A stretch of 48,595 nt of DNA from a virus (IMGVR_UViG_3300044931_000080:1-48595), one strand, 5' to 3'; counted from the first letter of the stretch, positions 37,101 through 46,373 are shown. Program-made: numbers and translations. The notes: generated by a model not told the origin, from the letters alone.

Positions 37101-40100
37101 TATGGGTGGGCACTCCGAGGTGTACCGCCTGCGTGACCAGATCATGCGTGGCCAGGTGCCTGCGTTCGCGACCGGTGGTGCAGTGTCGTCTGCTCGCGGG
37201 AACCTGGCCCGGGCTGAGCGTGACCTTGAGCGGATCCAGAACCGTGGCCGGAAGGTCACGGCGGCGGATCGGGACCGTGAGGCTGCGCAGAAGCGTGTCG
37301 AGTCAGCCCGTGCTGCTCTGCAGCGGGCGGAGGAGTCGGAGCGGAAGCGTGCTGAGGCGGCCCGGAAGGAAGCTGAGCGTCGCACGCGTGTGCGTGAGCT
37401 GCAGTCGGATCTGCGGACGGATGTGCGCCGGGGGTCGATCCGTGACCAGGTGACCGGGTCGCTCAGCGGAGGATACTCCGCGGTCGATCGCCTGTTCGGG
37501 CTGGGCCAGAACGAAGACCTGTCCCGCGCATCGCGCAACACGGCGACGAACCGTGCCCGCAAGTTCGAGTCCGACCTCCGCCGCCTCTACGGGCAGGCAG
37601 AGCGGGTCGACGAGAAGCTGAAGGCGGCACAGGACAAGGCTTCGGAGCTTGAGGGTATCCAGAAGTCTGTCTCGTCCGGCCTGCTGTCCGGTCGCGAACT
37701 GGACATGGGCGACTACATGAACTTCTCCGGAGGCCAGTGGACAACCCACACGGGTGTCGCTGGTGCCACACGTCGGATGACGGCTGACGTCGGCAGGATG
37801 AAGGAGTTCGCGAACAAGCTGCAGAAGCTGATGAAGGCTGGGATTCCTGGCGCGATTCTGCAGGAGATCGCTGGTGCTGGCGTGGATGAGGGTATCGCTC
37901 TCGCTGACGCGTTCCTCAACGCTTCGTCGTCGGAGCAGGCGTCGTACATCGGCACGTGGAACGAGTACGAGAAGCAGGCACAGCGGATCGGCAACATCGT
38001 CACTGGTGGTTTCTACGACGGTGGTGTGGACGCGGCGCAGGGTGTCGTGAAGGGCCTCGAGTCTCAGCAGAAGAGCGTCGAGGCGCAGATCGCACGGCTC
38101 GCGAAGACCATGGAGGACACCCTCAAGTCCGTCCTTGGTATCCGCTCACCTTCCAGGGTGATGGCTGAGCTGGGCGCGTACACGGTGGAAGGCCTGGTGC
38201 AGGGCATGCTGTCCGGCCAGTCCGACGTCACCAACGCTGCGTCTCTGCTGGCGGGCGCGGCGATCCCGAACCTCCGCTACGACATCGACATGACTGCCGC
38301 CCCTGTGGTGGATACGGATGCGATGGCTGCGGGGACGGCGATGCAGGACATGTCCGCGATCACGCTGGGTGCGATGCAGTCGATGCGTCTGGCTGTCAGC
38401 GATGGGTGGACGCAGATGCTGACGGACACCCAGGCGGCCCAGTCCGGCATGCTGACGGACACGACCAGCAAGCAGTTCTCCATGCGGGACATTACAGCCC
38501 AGCAGCAGGAGCAGATGCGGGCGATTGTCCTCGGCAAGCAGACGGAGTCCCGCACTGCCGTGTCAACGGAGCAGGAAACCATGCGTCGAGTCATGGCGGA
38601 AAAGCAGACGCAGATGCGGGACAAGAACCGTACCGAGTTTGAGTCGATGCGTGTGACAACGGGCGAGAAGCTGACGTCGATGCGGTCGTCGGCTGACACG
38701 ACGATGGTTGGGTTCCGGGGCGACTACGACTCGCACATGGGTTCGCTGAAGCGGATCAACCGTGACGGTCACACCAGCATGGAAGACGCGTCGGAGGTGG
38801 CGTTCAAGGGCATCCGGTCGGGCATGAACACGCAGATGCGTGAAGCACGCCCGGAGCTGGGCGGGCGCATGAACAACCTCATCGACGTCCTTTCGAAGTT
38901 CACATCGAGCGTCAACAAGGCGTTCAAGGATGTGGGCGTTGAGCTGGACTCCCCGCAGAAGCTCGCGTTCGCGACGGGTGGCGTCATGCCCGGATACACA
39001 CCGGGCAGGGACGTTCATTCCTTCTACAGCCCGACAGCCGGCAGCCTCTACCTCTCCGGTGGTGAGGCGATCATGCGGCCCGAGTTCACCCGCGCAGTCG
39101 GCGGTGAACGGGGCGTGAAGGAACTCAACGATGCTGCGCGCCGCGGGGATCACGAGCACTTGGATCTCGCGATGCACTTTGCTGACGGCGGAGTCATCCC
39201 GTCCGCGCCCATGCGGGGTGTGAATGCTTTCGCAGACAGTGGTGTGTGGCGCGGCCTCTGGTCCATTGTGAAGGGAGCTTTCCCGCAGTCCAGGCTGACC
39301 TCGGCTTACCGTGGCGGGTCCCGCACCGCATCCGGCAATCAGTCCTATCACTCGCGTGGCATGGCGGTGGACCTCGCCGGCCGCTACAGCATGGACACGT
39401 CCACGATGGGGCAGATCGCGAGCTGGCTTGTCGGGAACTACGGCAACAGCAACGAGATCATCTACAGCCCGCTGAATGGTCGGCAGGTCAAGAATGGCCG
39501 CAACTACATGTACACCGGCGCTGTCCGTGGCATGCACTACAACCATGTCCACTGGGCGAATCGGTCGGTGCCGGGTGGCGCGACTGGCGGGCCATCGGGC
39601 GCGTGGGACGGAGATGTGTGGATTCCGCACCCGTTCCTCGACAAGGCGGGCGTGTCGGCTGATGGTGATCTGAAGGCGGCGTATGAGCGTGCCGCGAAGA
39701 AGCAGATCAAGGACATCATCGGCAAGCACACCGGGCAGCTCACTGGTGGTGATTTCTCTCGCCAGCTGGGTACGGGCATCATGCGGGCGACCCGTGACGG
39801 GCTCATCAAGAAGGCGACCGATTATGGGGAGCTGATGGGCGACGGGGGTATCCCCGGTGCCGCGAATGGGCCTGTGAAGCAGATGGCTCGCGAAGTCCTC
39901 GAGAAGATGGGTTGGGGCGACCAGTGGTCGGATCTCGACTGGCTGGTCACGAAGGAGTCGGGGTGGAACCCGAATGCGCAGAACCCGACCTCGACGGCCT
40001 ACGGCTTGTTCCAGTTCCTCAACGGGACATGGGGCTCGGTTGGTGCGTCGAAGACTAGTGATCCGCTGAAGCAGATCCAGGCGGGCCTGAAGTACATCCA

Positions 40101-40470
40101 GCAGCGCTACGGCGACGTCAGGGGTGCCCGCAGGTTCTGGGAGCGCAACAACTGGTACAAGGACGGCACCCGCAACGCCAAGAGTGGCTGGGCTGTCGTT
40201 GGTGAGGAAGGCCCCGAGCTGGTCAACCTCGGCGGGGGAGAGCGGATCGAATCGAACCGCAACACCCGCGCCGCCCTCGCAGCCAACAGGACGTTCATCT
40301 CCCCACAGGCAGCGGGCATCGACTACGACCGCCTCGCGAAGGCGCTCGGAGACGAAATGGCAAAGCGCCCTCAGGTCGTGCAGCACAACGATCTGTCGGA
40401 CATGTCAGAAACCCGTCTGATGAACAAGATCGCTACGCGGTCCACCGACGCGCTCCACATGTACTCGTAA
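34144..40470 (+). CDS. Tape measure protein with peptidase-like and lytic transglycosylase domains
   Basis: About 2100 aa Ala-rich; TSAYR..SYH..G.AVD...HYNHVH; ESGWNPNAQNPTSTAYGLFQFL. Confidence 0.95.
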   Translation: MADRSLVVRLRAEVNQAVAGLDKTATAAERASVAVTKTGDAFEKASRRQQDAAGRLRVAEAQLLEVQGNSNAKASQLVAAEEKVASARREVAETSQSAANAEQVLQQAMEDSTQAAKESAAAAKEAADAASKNETAIAKMARNADANAQAWSTAGTVLTAAGGSIVALGVAATKSGIEFNSLNQTAKGALTAVMGSAAGAARQMEKMNEFGRGTWVMRDSLIRAQQTMTGFGIETEKVIPYMDALAETVAATTGSNQDFEELARVMGKVESSGKLTAETFNEFGTRGVDAAQLIGDAMGMTAQEVRDAVTEGTLDASEALDALAEGMKTRFDGATENMRQTFSGAFANVYAGFRDLSASLAEPLVSKEGGGLLVDGFNTLADSLNELRDISDSIPEPVKIAAGAVGGLTAAASLAAGSFLLLAPRLLETRTAFQTLAGQDDLVGKFATGLGKVGPAVAKAAAAVGAAVVAWQALDTIINTATNRSAPKIEKLSAEMEGLAAHGRAASGALEQAFGGGSNSWLTNTLLGTTGAVTNLDEAFGELSRNSGKIGEVTLALQKVRPGKQALELATEGVAAYDDALVQMAEGGASDKAAAAFDKIADRLTSQGHDMDFVVENFSDYEDLLKSTADTLDVTGLSAEDYANWMRGEVPDAVREAAEANAELADGLAGIPPVAEGAATGVATLSAEAVEAQDQLNEMFEQLYVSSQGFVDFAEKAVDADVSMRDWIKSMEDQVVAQETWHENLQKLIDRGAPQQLIDHFIELGSEGAFRVKQLADGSEEDLKRAGDAFVDVSEQAAGFAGTITQIPDINLEADDTTLRSQLWFAEEALAELHRMKPTPETDLKITALEDQIRVAKDQLGDLDNDEAHPLVGVSGADESRGKVEGVHDALVNLPSDAKSKVDVDDEPARSTMERLWTWIRGKTIFFKTDEQKAAAQGRNSTGTAGSSSKFSSGGSVRGPGSGTSDDILARLSNGEHVFTAEEVRRMGGHSEVYRLRDQIMRGQVPAFATGGAVSSARGNLARAERDLERIQNRGRKVTAADRDREAAQKRVESARAALQRAEESERKRAEAARKEAERRTRVRELQSDLRTDVRRGSIRDQVTGSLSGGYSAVDRLFGLGQNEDLSRASRNTATNRARKFESDLRRLYGQAERVDEKLKAAQDKASELEGIQKSVSSGLLSGRELDMGDYMNFSGGQWTTHTGVAGATRRMTADVGRMKEFANKLQKLMKAGIPGAILQEIAGAGVDEGIALADAFLNASSSEQASYIGTWNEYEKQAQRIGNIVTGGFYDGGVDAAQGVVKGLESQQKSVEAQIARLAKTMEDTLKSVLGIRSPSRVMAELGAYTVEGLVQGMLSGQSDVTNAASLLAGAAIPNLRYDIDMTAAPVVDTDAMAAGTAMQDMSAITLGAMQSMRLAVSDGWTQMLTDTQAAQSGMLTDTTSKQFSMRDITAQQQEQMRAIVLGKQTESRTAVSTEQETMRRVMAEKQTQMRDKNRTEFESMRVTTGEKLTSMRSSADTTMVGFRGDYDSHMGSLKRINRDGHTSMEDASEVAFKGIRSGMNTQMREARPELGGRMNNLIDVLSKFTSSVNKAFKDVGVELDSPQKLAFATGGVMPGYTPGRDVHSFYSPTAGSLYLSGGEAIMRPEFTRAVGGERGVKELNDAARRGDHEHLDLAMHFADGGVIPSAPMRGVNAFADSGVWRGLWSIVKGAFPQSRLTSAYRGGSRTASGNQSYHSRGMAVDLAGRYSMDTSTMGQIASWLVGNYGNSNEIIYSPLNGRQVKNGRNYMYTGAVRGMHYNHVHWANRSVPGGATGGPSGAWDGDVWIPHPFLDKAGVSADGDLKAAYERAAKKQIKDIIGKHTGQLTGGDFSRQLGTGIMRATRDGLIKKATDYGELMGDGGIPGAANGPVKQMAREVLEKMGWGDQWSDLDWLVTKESGWNPNAQNPTSTAYGLFQFLNGTWGSVGASKTSDPLKQIQAGLKYIQQRYGDVRGARRFWERNNWYKDGTRNAKSGWAVVGEEGPELVNLGGGERIESNRNTRAALAANRTFISPQAAGIDYDRLAKALGDEMAKRPQVVQHNDLSDMSETRLMNKIATRSTDALHMYS

Positions 40471-40478
40471 GGAGAGCA

Positions 40479-41411
40479 ATGACAGCGACTCTGGAAGTTC
40501 CCGCGACTCCGCGCGGCATGTGGGTGTCCGTGGTCCTCCAATCTTCCGCAGGGCAGATCCCCCTGTGGGTGGGGGAGGACCACGGCGGGTTCCTCTTGAA
40601 AGACGGAGTGAGGGGTTTGGGGGTCGCCCCTATTGATCTGGAAACGACCCCCGCAGGCCGGCACGGAACAACCCTCCTCGCGAACCGTATGGATGAGGTG
40701 GAGATCGGGCTGCCGATCTCCATCAAGGGCCGGTCGCCGGAAGAGATCCACGACCTGCGGCAGCGACTCAACAACGTGCTGTTGCCTGGCCTGGATGAGC
40801 CGGTGGAGATTGTGGTGCAGACCCCCCACACGGGGGATTCGCGCACCCGGTACGGGCATCTGGTGTCGGGGCTTGAGGGCGCGTGGGGTGGATCGGATTC
40901 GCATTTCACGTGGTATCACACGGTTCTGGTGTTCCGGTGCCCGGATGTGTGGGCGTATGGGGCTGAGCGGTCTCGTGAGTGGGGCCTATCAACGGTCATC
41001 AAACCGTACTGGACTTCCTCCCCGCGCCTGCCTCACTACCCTGCGTGGCTGTCGTCCAGCACCGTCCTGGGGGAGTTCGAGTTCACGGTGTCCGGCGATT
41101 CCCCAACCTCACCCGTCTGGACGGTGACCCCGCCGGGTGAGGATCTGCTGATCCGCTGCGGCAACGGATGCGGAGACGAGATCTTCTTCGAAGGTGAGAT
41201 CACCGCCCCGCTGACGATCGACACCCGGACGGGTGAGATCACGATGCCGGGGATGACCCGGAGGCAGATCTGGGAGCGCATCCCCGAGGGTCGCGACCGG
41301 ATGTTCGATCTCCCTGCTGGGGAGAACAAAGTGCTGGTCAGCATGGTTGGTGCGCAGGGCACGTCCACGGTCCGACTGTCGTATCGGGAGAGATGGAAGG
41401 CGCAGCACTGA
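40479..41411 (+). CDS. Distal tail protein (Dit)
   Basis: First gene after TMP; GD.P..PVW...PG and L..GEN motifs. Confidence 0.8.
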   Translation: MTATLEVPATPRGMWVSVVLQSSAGQIPLWVGEDHGGFLLKDGVRGLGVAPIDLETTPAGRHGTTLLANRMDEVEIGLPISIKGRSPEEIHDLRQRLNNVLLPGLDEPVEIVVQTPHTGDSRTRYGHLVSGLEGAWGGSDSHFTWYHTVLVFRCPDVWAYGAERSREWGLSTVIKPYWTSSPRLPHYPAWLSSSTVLGEFEFTVSGDSPTSPVWTVTPPGEDLLIRCGNGCGDEIFFEGEITAPLTIDTRTGEITMPGMTRRQIWERIPEGRDRMFDLPAGENKVLVSMVGAQGTSTVRLSYRERWKAQH

Positions 41412-42535
41412 TGCGAGTACTGATGCGCGACACCGATCTTCTCCCTCTGGGGGAGTTGCGGGTGACGGATGTGCACGCCGTGGTCCGCAGGAACGACGTG
41501 AGCACATGGTCTGTGACGGTGAACGCTCGTCCGGGGGAGTCGTGGGAGGACTACACGGATGGGATGGGCGTCCTCATCGAGGACGAGCACACAACCATCA
41601 GTGGGCCGCACGTTGAGTGGGAGTTCGACCGTGACGGCGCCAAGCGGTTCCTGAAGCTGCGGGGTGTGGACGACAACACGATTCTGGCGGATCACATCAT
41701 CATCCCGGACCCATCCCGGCCTACTGACGATCAGCAGGTGGATGTGTGGCGGATGACGGGGCCTGCGGAGACGGTGATGCGGACTCTGGTCGATCAGCAG
41801 ATCGGCCCCAGCGCGCCCACTGATTACCGAGTCGATGGTTTGGTGTTGGAGCCGGATCAAGGGCGCGGCGGACAGGTGACGGTGAGCGCCCGCTACGACA
41901 ACCTGCTGGAAACCATGCAGGAGCTGGCAGAGACCGGGGGCGTCAACTTCCGGGTGGTTCAGGACGGCAGGCGTCTAGTGCTGCGGTTCCGTGAAGGCGA
42001 AGACCTGTCTAGGGCGGTCCGTTTGCAGGAAGAGCAAGGTGGGGTCACCAAGCTCAACTTGAAGCGGAAAGCCCCCACAGCGACTGAGGTCATCGTCGGC
42101 GGTAGCGGATCTGGGGCCACACGAAAGATGTGGCGAGACACCCAACCGACAACATGGCACCGCCGCGTCACCCAGTTCGTGGATCGCCCTTCAACATCTG
42201 ACCCGAACGAACTGCAGCAGGCGGCAGAGAAGGCCCTCGCGGATGGGCAGGAGTCGGTGTCCGTCACGTTCGAAACCGCAGACACCAGAACGATCAAGTT
42301 CGGGCGAGAGTACGACATCGGGGACACGATCACCCTCCAAGCTGACCTCGCGACGGTCACGGATGTGGTGCAGGTCGCGGACATTTCCCTACAGAACGGG
42401 TCGCGTCGCGCATCGGTTCAGGTGGGTCCGGTAGCGGATGAGTCGAAGCTCGCAGAAACCTCCCCCATCCCTGCCTTGCTGCGGAAGCGGCTGGCGGAGT
42501 TGTCACAGATGGTCCGCCGCAGGCAGACAGAGTAA
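41411..42535 (+). CDS. Baseplate hub / Gp37-like minor tail protein
   Basis: RRNDVSTW, VGG.G.G..R, FG.EY.IGD motifs. Confidence 0.85.
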   Translation: MRVLMRDTDLLPLGELRVTDVHAVVRRNDVSTWSVTVNARPGESWEDYTDGMGVLIEDEHTTISGPHVEWEFDRDGAKRFLKLRGVDDNTILADHIIIPDPSRPTDDQQVDVWRMTGPAETVMRTLVDQQIGPSAPTDYRVDGLVLEPDQGRGGQVTVSARYDNLLETMQELAETGGVNFRVVQDGRRLVLRFREGEDLSRAVRLQEEQGGVTKLNLKRKAPTATEVIVGGSGSGATRKMWRDTQPTTWHRRVTQFVDRPSTSDPNELQQAAEKALADGQESVSVTFETADTRTIKFGREYDIGDTITLQADLATVTDVVQVADISLQNGSRRASVQVGPVADESKLAETSPIPALLRKRLAELSQMVRRRQTE

Positions 42536-42546
42536 GGAGACCCACT

Positions 42547-43584
42547 ATGGCTACTCAGGCTGAGATCAACGCGTTCGTTGAGCAGATTATGCCGTACTTC
42601 AACCCGGCCCCGGTGGAGGAGGATGCGGTGCAGCAGTCGTGGCCGCGCCTCGATCGGGGTTTGTCGGATGTGCAGGACATGCAGCGGTTCCAGAACATGC
42701 ATGGGATCTTCGACGATGGCGGGTTCCCGTACAACCTCGTCCCTCACGCGACTGATGCGGAGACGAACCAGGCGAACACACTGTTCCTCACCGTTTCCAC
42801 TAAGACGGGGGCGGCGGGGGCGACTCTACGGGGGGCGTTCCACCGTCTGCGGGAGGACCTTGAGCTGGGGTTCCCTGCGGTGTCGTCTGCGACCACCTAC
42901 TACGTGGTGATCGAATACGACCCGGTACGCGCGGAGGATGGTGGCGACCCGCTTGAGGCGAAGGTCGTCACCGCCCTGAACTATTCGCAAGGCCGGGATT
43001 ACATCGTCCTATGGGAGCTGGACCGAAAGCCGTCCCAACTGCTGTCCGATGCGACTATCCGCCGTATCCGCCCTCGCGCTGTGGGCGTGATCTATGTGTG
43101 GGACGAGTCGCACAAGCCCGCTGCGGAAAGGCAGCCGTGGGGCACGCTGTGCGTGGTTGGTGCGACGGGCGCTATCTACCGGTCTACGACGGGCAACGAG
43201 GCTGGCGGGGATTCTGGTGAGCGGGCGTGGGTGCCGCTGACTGATGTCAGCCTGCGCGGCGACAACCAAGCGTACGAGTACGTCGGGCACGGCGCACGGA
43301 TCGGGTCCACCCGCATTGGCCAGATGGTTGTGATGGAGGGACGTGTGCGTCGCGTAGGGGGCGCATTGTTTTCGGGAGGTTCGACCGCTGGCTACCTGAT
43401 CCATATTCTTCCGGTGGGGCACCGGCCACCGACTGAGCGCAGGTTTATCGCGTCCGGCCCAGGGCTTACGAATAATCGGCGGGTCGCCGTCAGCGTCACC
43501 CCAGATGGTGAGGTGCGGGCATTTCCTGAGACGACTGTCGATTGGGTGAGCATCGACGGCTGTGTGTTCACGGTGGGGAGATAG
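42547..43584 (+). CDS. Minor tail / receptor-binding protein
   Basis: Synteny; C-terminal LP.G.RP...V...G.V tail-fibre-type domain. Confidence 0.75.
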   Translation: MATQAEINAFVEQIMPYFNPAPVEEDAVQQSWPRLDRGLSDVQDMQRFQNMHGIFDDGGFPYNLVPHATDAETNQANTLFLTVSTKTGAAGATLRGAFHRLREDLELGFPAVSSATTYYVVIEYDPVRAEDGGDPLEAKVVTALNYSQGRDYIVLWELDRKPSQLLSDATIRRIRPRAVGVIYVWDESHKPAAERQPWGTLCVVGATGAIYRSTTGNEAGGDSGERAWVPLTDVSLRGDNQAYEYVGHGARIGSTRIGQMVVMEGRVRRVGGALFSGGSTAGYLIHILPVGHRPPTERRFIASGPGLTNNRRVAVSVTPDGEVRAFPETTVDWVSIDGCVFTVGR

Positions 43585-43586
43585 TC

Positions 43587-44015
43587 ATGCCAACGCTCAT
43601 CGCGTGGCTGCGTGCCACGGACGCCGCGAAGTGGGCTGGCACCAGCATCATCGCGTGGGCTGGCCTCGCCTACATCATCCTGCCCCCGGTCTCCACTGTC
43701 GGTCTCTATAGTACGGCGTGGCCTGCCCGCGTGTGGGGGGCGATGATGCTCACCGGGGGTATCGTCACCCTGTACGGGCTGTGGTCGAGACTGATCGACT
43801 GGGAAAAGTTCGGGATGACTGTCGTGCTCGTCGGGGTTGCTTCCCTGACCGCGAATCAGGCCCTCCTCATGCTGGACTACCCGCCGACGTGGACGCGGCT
43901 GGGTGGGACGCTCGTCTACCTGGCGGGCACCGCGTGGGTGCTAGACCGCACTCTCCGACTGTCGTCCGACAAGCGCCTATCTGATGAGGCTGAGGCCCGA
44001 TACGAGGGGCGGTGA
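43587..44015 (+). CDS. Multi-pass membrane protein (lysis-associated)
   Basis: About four TM segments upstream of endolysin. Confidence 0.75.
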   Translation: MPTLIAWLRATDAAKWAGTSIIAWAGLAYIILPPVSTVGLYSTAWPARVWGAMMLTGGIVTLYGLWSRLIDWEKFGMTVVLVGVASLTANQALLMLDYPPTWTRLGGTLVYLAGTAWVLDRTLRLSSDKRLSDEAEARYEGR

Positions 44016-44018
44016 CGG

Positions 44019-44333
44019 GTGCACATTGATCCGCAGCCGGTCATATCGTTTCTGCTCGGTGGTGGTGGGGTGCTCATCGCCCGCGCACTGTGGGAGGTGC
44101 TGCTGGCCCGCAAAAAGGGACGTATCGCGCATGAGGACACGACCATCAGCCGGTACAAGTTTTTTGCGGACCAGGAGGCGGAGCGCCGCAGGGAGTCGGA
44201 GGCGGAGACCGCCCGTGCGGAGCGGGAGCTGCGCTGGTATCGGGCCCGATACGCCGCCCTGTGGCAGGCGCACTCCGCGGCGGGCCATGACGTGACCGCG
44301 CATCCGTTCGCCCCACCCCCAGACATCCACTGA
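44019..44333 (+). CDS. Single-TM coiled-coil protein (lysis-associated)
   Basis: LLGGGGV TM then coiled coil. Confidence 0.7.
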   Translation: MHIDPQPVISFLLGGGGVLIARALWEVLLARKKGRIAHEDTTISRYKFFADQEAERRRESEAETARAERELRWYRARYAALWQAHSAAGHDVTAHPFAPPPDIH

Positions 44334-44394
44334 CACCCACGACTATCCACGGCCTCGCCTATCAGGGCGGGGCCTACGCAATTCAGGAGGACGG

Positions 44395-45267
44395 ATGGCC
44401 CGCTACTGGCGTATGGCCCGATCGCTGGACAAGCTGCTGGCGCAGATCAACGCGTACGCCCCACGACGATCCAAGGTTTCAGACGGGGGGATCGGCGACG
44501 CCGCGCATTCTGCGCGCACGTCGGATCACAACCCGGACAGCCGTGGCATCGTCCATGCCCGCGACTTCACCCACGACCCGAAGGGCGGGTTCGACGCTCA
44601 CGCGTTCGTCCGCCGCCTCGCTAAGGCAGGCGACCGCCGCGTCAAGTACCTGATCAGCAATCGGCAGATCAGCAATCCATCGATCAGTGCCGGCCGGTGG
44701 CGGCCATATGCGGGCGTCAATCCGCACACGCAGCACGCGCACGTGTCCTGCGTGTACTCGAGCCTCGAGGACGACACGTCTCCGTGGCCAGGCCTCGGCA
44801 CCCCCACCCCCACGCCCGCCCCTACTCAGGAGGACGACATGAAGCGCATCCGCAACGGCTCGCATGACAAGCCGCAGGTGATCAAGCCCGGCAAGACGCT
44901 CAAGATCCGCACTAACCGCAACGGTGATTACTTCCTCGGCAACACGCGGAAGGGGCAGGTGATCAACACCGCGTACGCGATCGGTGTCACCGGCCTGCTG
45001 CAGGGTGAGAAGGCCCGCGTGCGTCGGGTGATCGACGACTACAACCCGAAGAAGAAGACGACGACCCGCCGCCACAACGGCCCGTTCCATGAGGTCCACG
45101 GTGTGGGGCAGGGCACCTACGTGCGCGGGCACGGCGTGTTCTTCGACGGCAGCTGTGGGTACGGCAAGCGTGGCGACGAGCAGCCCCGCCTCTACCTGGA
45201 GGTGGAGAACCTCGGTAAGTCCGACATCACTGTCACCTACGTCTGGTTCGACACGGAGGGGAACTGA
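44395..45267 (+). CDS. Endolysin (Zn peptidase M15-like N-domain)
   Basis: DG.IGDAAH..R.SDHNPD, HA.D, H..H.HVS; PT linker; GGAGG RBS. Confidence 0.85.
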   Translation: MARYWRMARSLDKLLAQINAYAPRRSKVSDGGIGDAAHSARTSDHNPDSRGIVHARDFTHDPKGGFDAHAFVRRLAKAGDRRVKYLISNRQISNPSISAGRWRPYAGVNPHTQHAHVSCVYSSLEDDTSPWPGLGTPTPTPAPTQEDDMKRIRNGSHDKPQVIKPGKTLKIRTNRNGDYFLGNTRKGQVINTAYAIGVTGLLQGEKARVRRVIDDYNPKKKTTTRRHNGPFHEVHGVGQGTYVRGHGVFFDGSCGYGKRGDEQPRLYLEVENLGKSDITVTYVWFDTEGN

Positions 45268-45268
45268 C

Positions 45269-45721
45269 ATGAGCAACCTGCTGACACGAGAGTTCATCGC
45301 CGCTACTGCTGAGCGTGCGGTGAAGACTGCGGCGCAGACCGCGATCGCTCTGATCGGTACCGAGCAGATCGGCATCCTGTCCCTGGATTGGGCGCAGATC
45401 GGGTCCGTGGTCGCCACCGCAACCGTCCTGTCGGTGCTGACCTCGATCGCCGGGGACACGACCAGCAAGAACGGGCCGTCGTTCGTCCGTGCTGAGGGCA
45501 TCGGGGTGGAGTCCGCGGAGGCTGAGGCGGCACTGCTGCGGGAGCGGACCCGCGACGCCGAAGGCCCCAGCTCGGAGGGCCCGGAGTACGAGGACTTCAC
45601 CGTGGTCGCGGGGGAGCCGACGAGCGACGAGACCGCCGACGAGGCTGTCGAGGATGACGAGTCTGAGGACGACCTCGATGAGTTCACGCGCTTGCGGGAT
45701 CGCCTCGACCCGGACGACTGA
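45269..45721 (+). CDS. Holin (r1t-like) with acidic tail
   Basis: ERAVKTAAQTAIA...DW...SVLTSIA motif. Confidence 0.9.
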   Translation: MSNLLTREFIAATAERAVKTAAQTAIALIGTEQIGILSLDWAQIGSVVATATVLSVLTSIAGDTTSKNGPSFVRAEGIGVESAEAEAALLRERTRDAEGPSSEGPEYEDFTVVAGEPTSDETADEAVEDDESEDDLDEFTRLRDRLDPDD

Positions 45722-45722
45722 C

Positions 45723-45806
45723 ATGCACACCTGCCCGCACTGCGGCCGCGAGTTTCTGTCGAGGCTCGCGGCCGCTGGCTGTTGCACGTATGACGAGGAG
45801 GACTGA
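45723..45806 (+). CDS. Tiny Zn-finger peptide (27 aa)
   Basis: MHTCPHCGREF...CC; TGATG coupling to next gene. Confidence 0.5.
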   Translation: MHTCPHCGREFLSRLAAAGCCTYDEED

Positions 45807-46255
45807 TGTTGGAGCCTGGTGTGATCGACCTCAATCTGGACGACCTCAGCGATGAGGAGCTGGCGGAGCTGGTGGAGGAGGCGCGGCGGAGGCTCGCGTC
45901 GCGGCAGGCGCGGGGTGCGATTGCGCGTGACCTGACGCTGGCTGTGGATCGCGTGATGAAGGCCAACCTCAACGTGATGATGGGGGCGGAGTGGGAGTCG
46001 GGGCGTGTGGTGTGGGATGGGGACACCATCACGATCACGACTCTCACCCCGGACGAGTACCTGGAGCTGGAGTTCCCGGATCCGGACCCGGAGCCTGACC
46101 CGGAACCGTCGGCTCGTGACTGGGTGGAGGGCATGAGTGTCGCGGTGGGTGATCTGGTCCGGTACGAGGGTGGCCTGTATCGGGTCGTGCAGGCGCATGT
46201 GACGCAGGCCGGGTGGCGGCCTGACGCGCTTCCGGCGTTGTACAAGCGGGAGTAA
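45806..46255 (+). CDS. Protein with C-terminal CBM5/12-like carbohydrate-binding domain
   Basis: W......VGD.V.Y.G..Y...QAH.TQ.GW.P...PALY. Confidence 0.8.
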   Translation: MLEPGVIDLNLDDLSDEELAELVEEARRRLASRQARGAIARDLTLAVDRVMKANLNVMMGAEWESGRVVWDGDTITITTLTPDEYLELEFPDPDPEPDPEPSARDWVEGMSVAVGDLVRYEGGLYRVVQAHVTQAGWRPDALPALYKRE

Positions 46256-46268
46256 GAGACACCAAATT

Positions 46269-46373
46269 CGGGGCCGTGTTCGGATACAATAGAAGCACAA
46301 TCGAATACGGCCCCGCCACGGTGCGTCAACACCACGGCGGGGCCTGACCAAGCCCAACTGTTGAGGAGTTGAG
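46269..46373 (+). promoter_or_regulatory. Promoter and structured leader of HNH-3
   Basis: TACAAT at 46285; hairpin with CGTCAA loop; RBS hairpin nearly identical to HNH-1. Confidence 0.65.

Noticed and set aside
35218-40386. 529-aa and 607-aa minus-strand ORFs
   Set aside because: Antisense shadows of the tape measure gene
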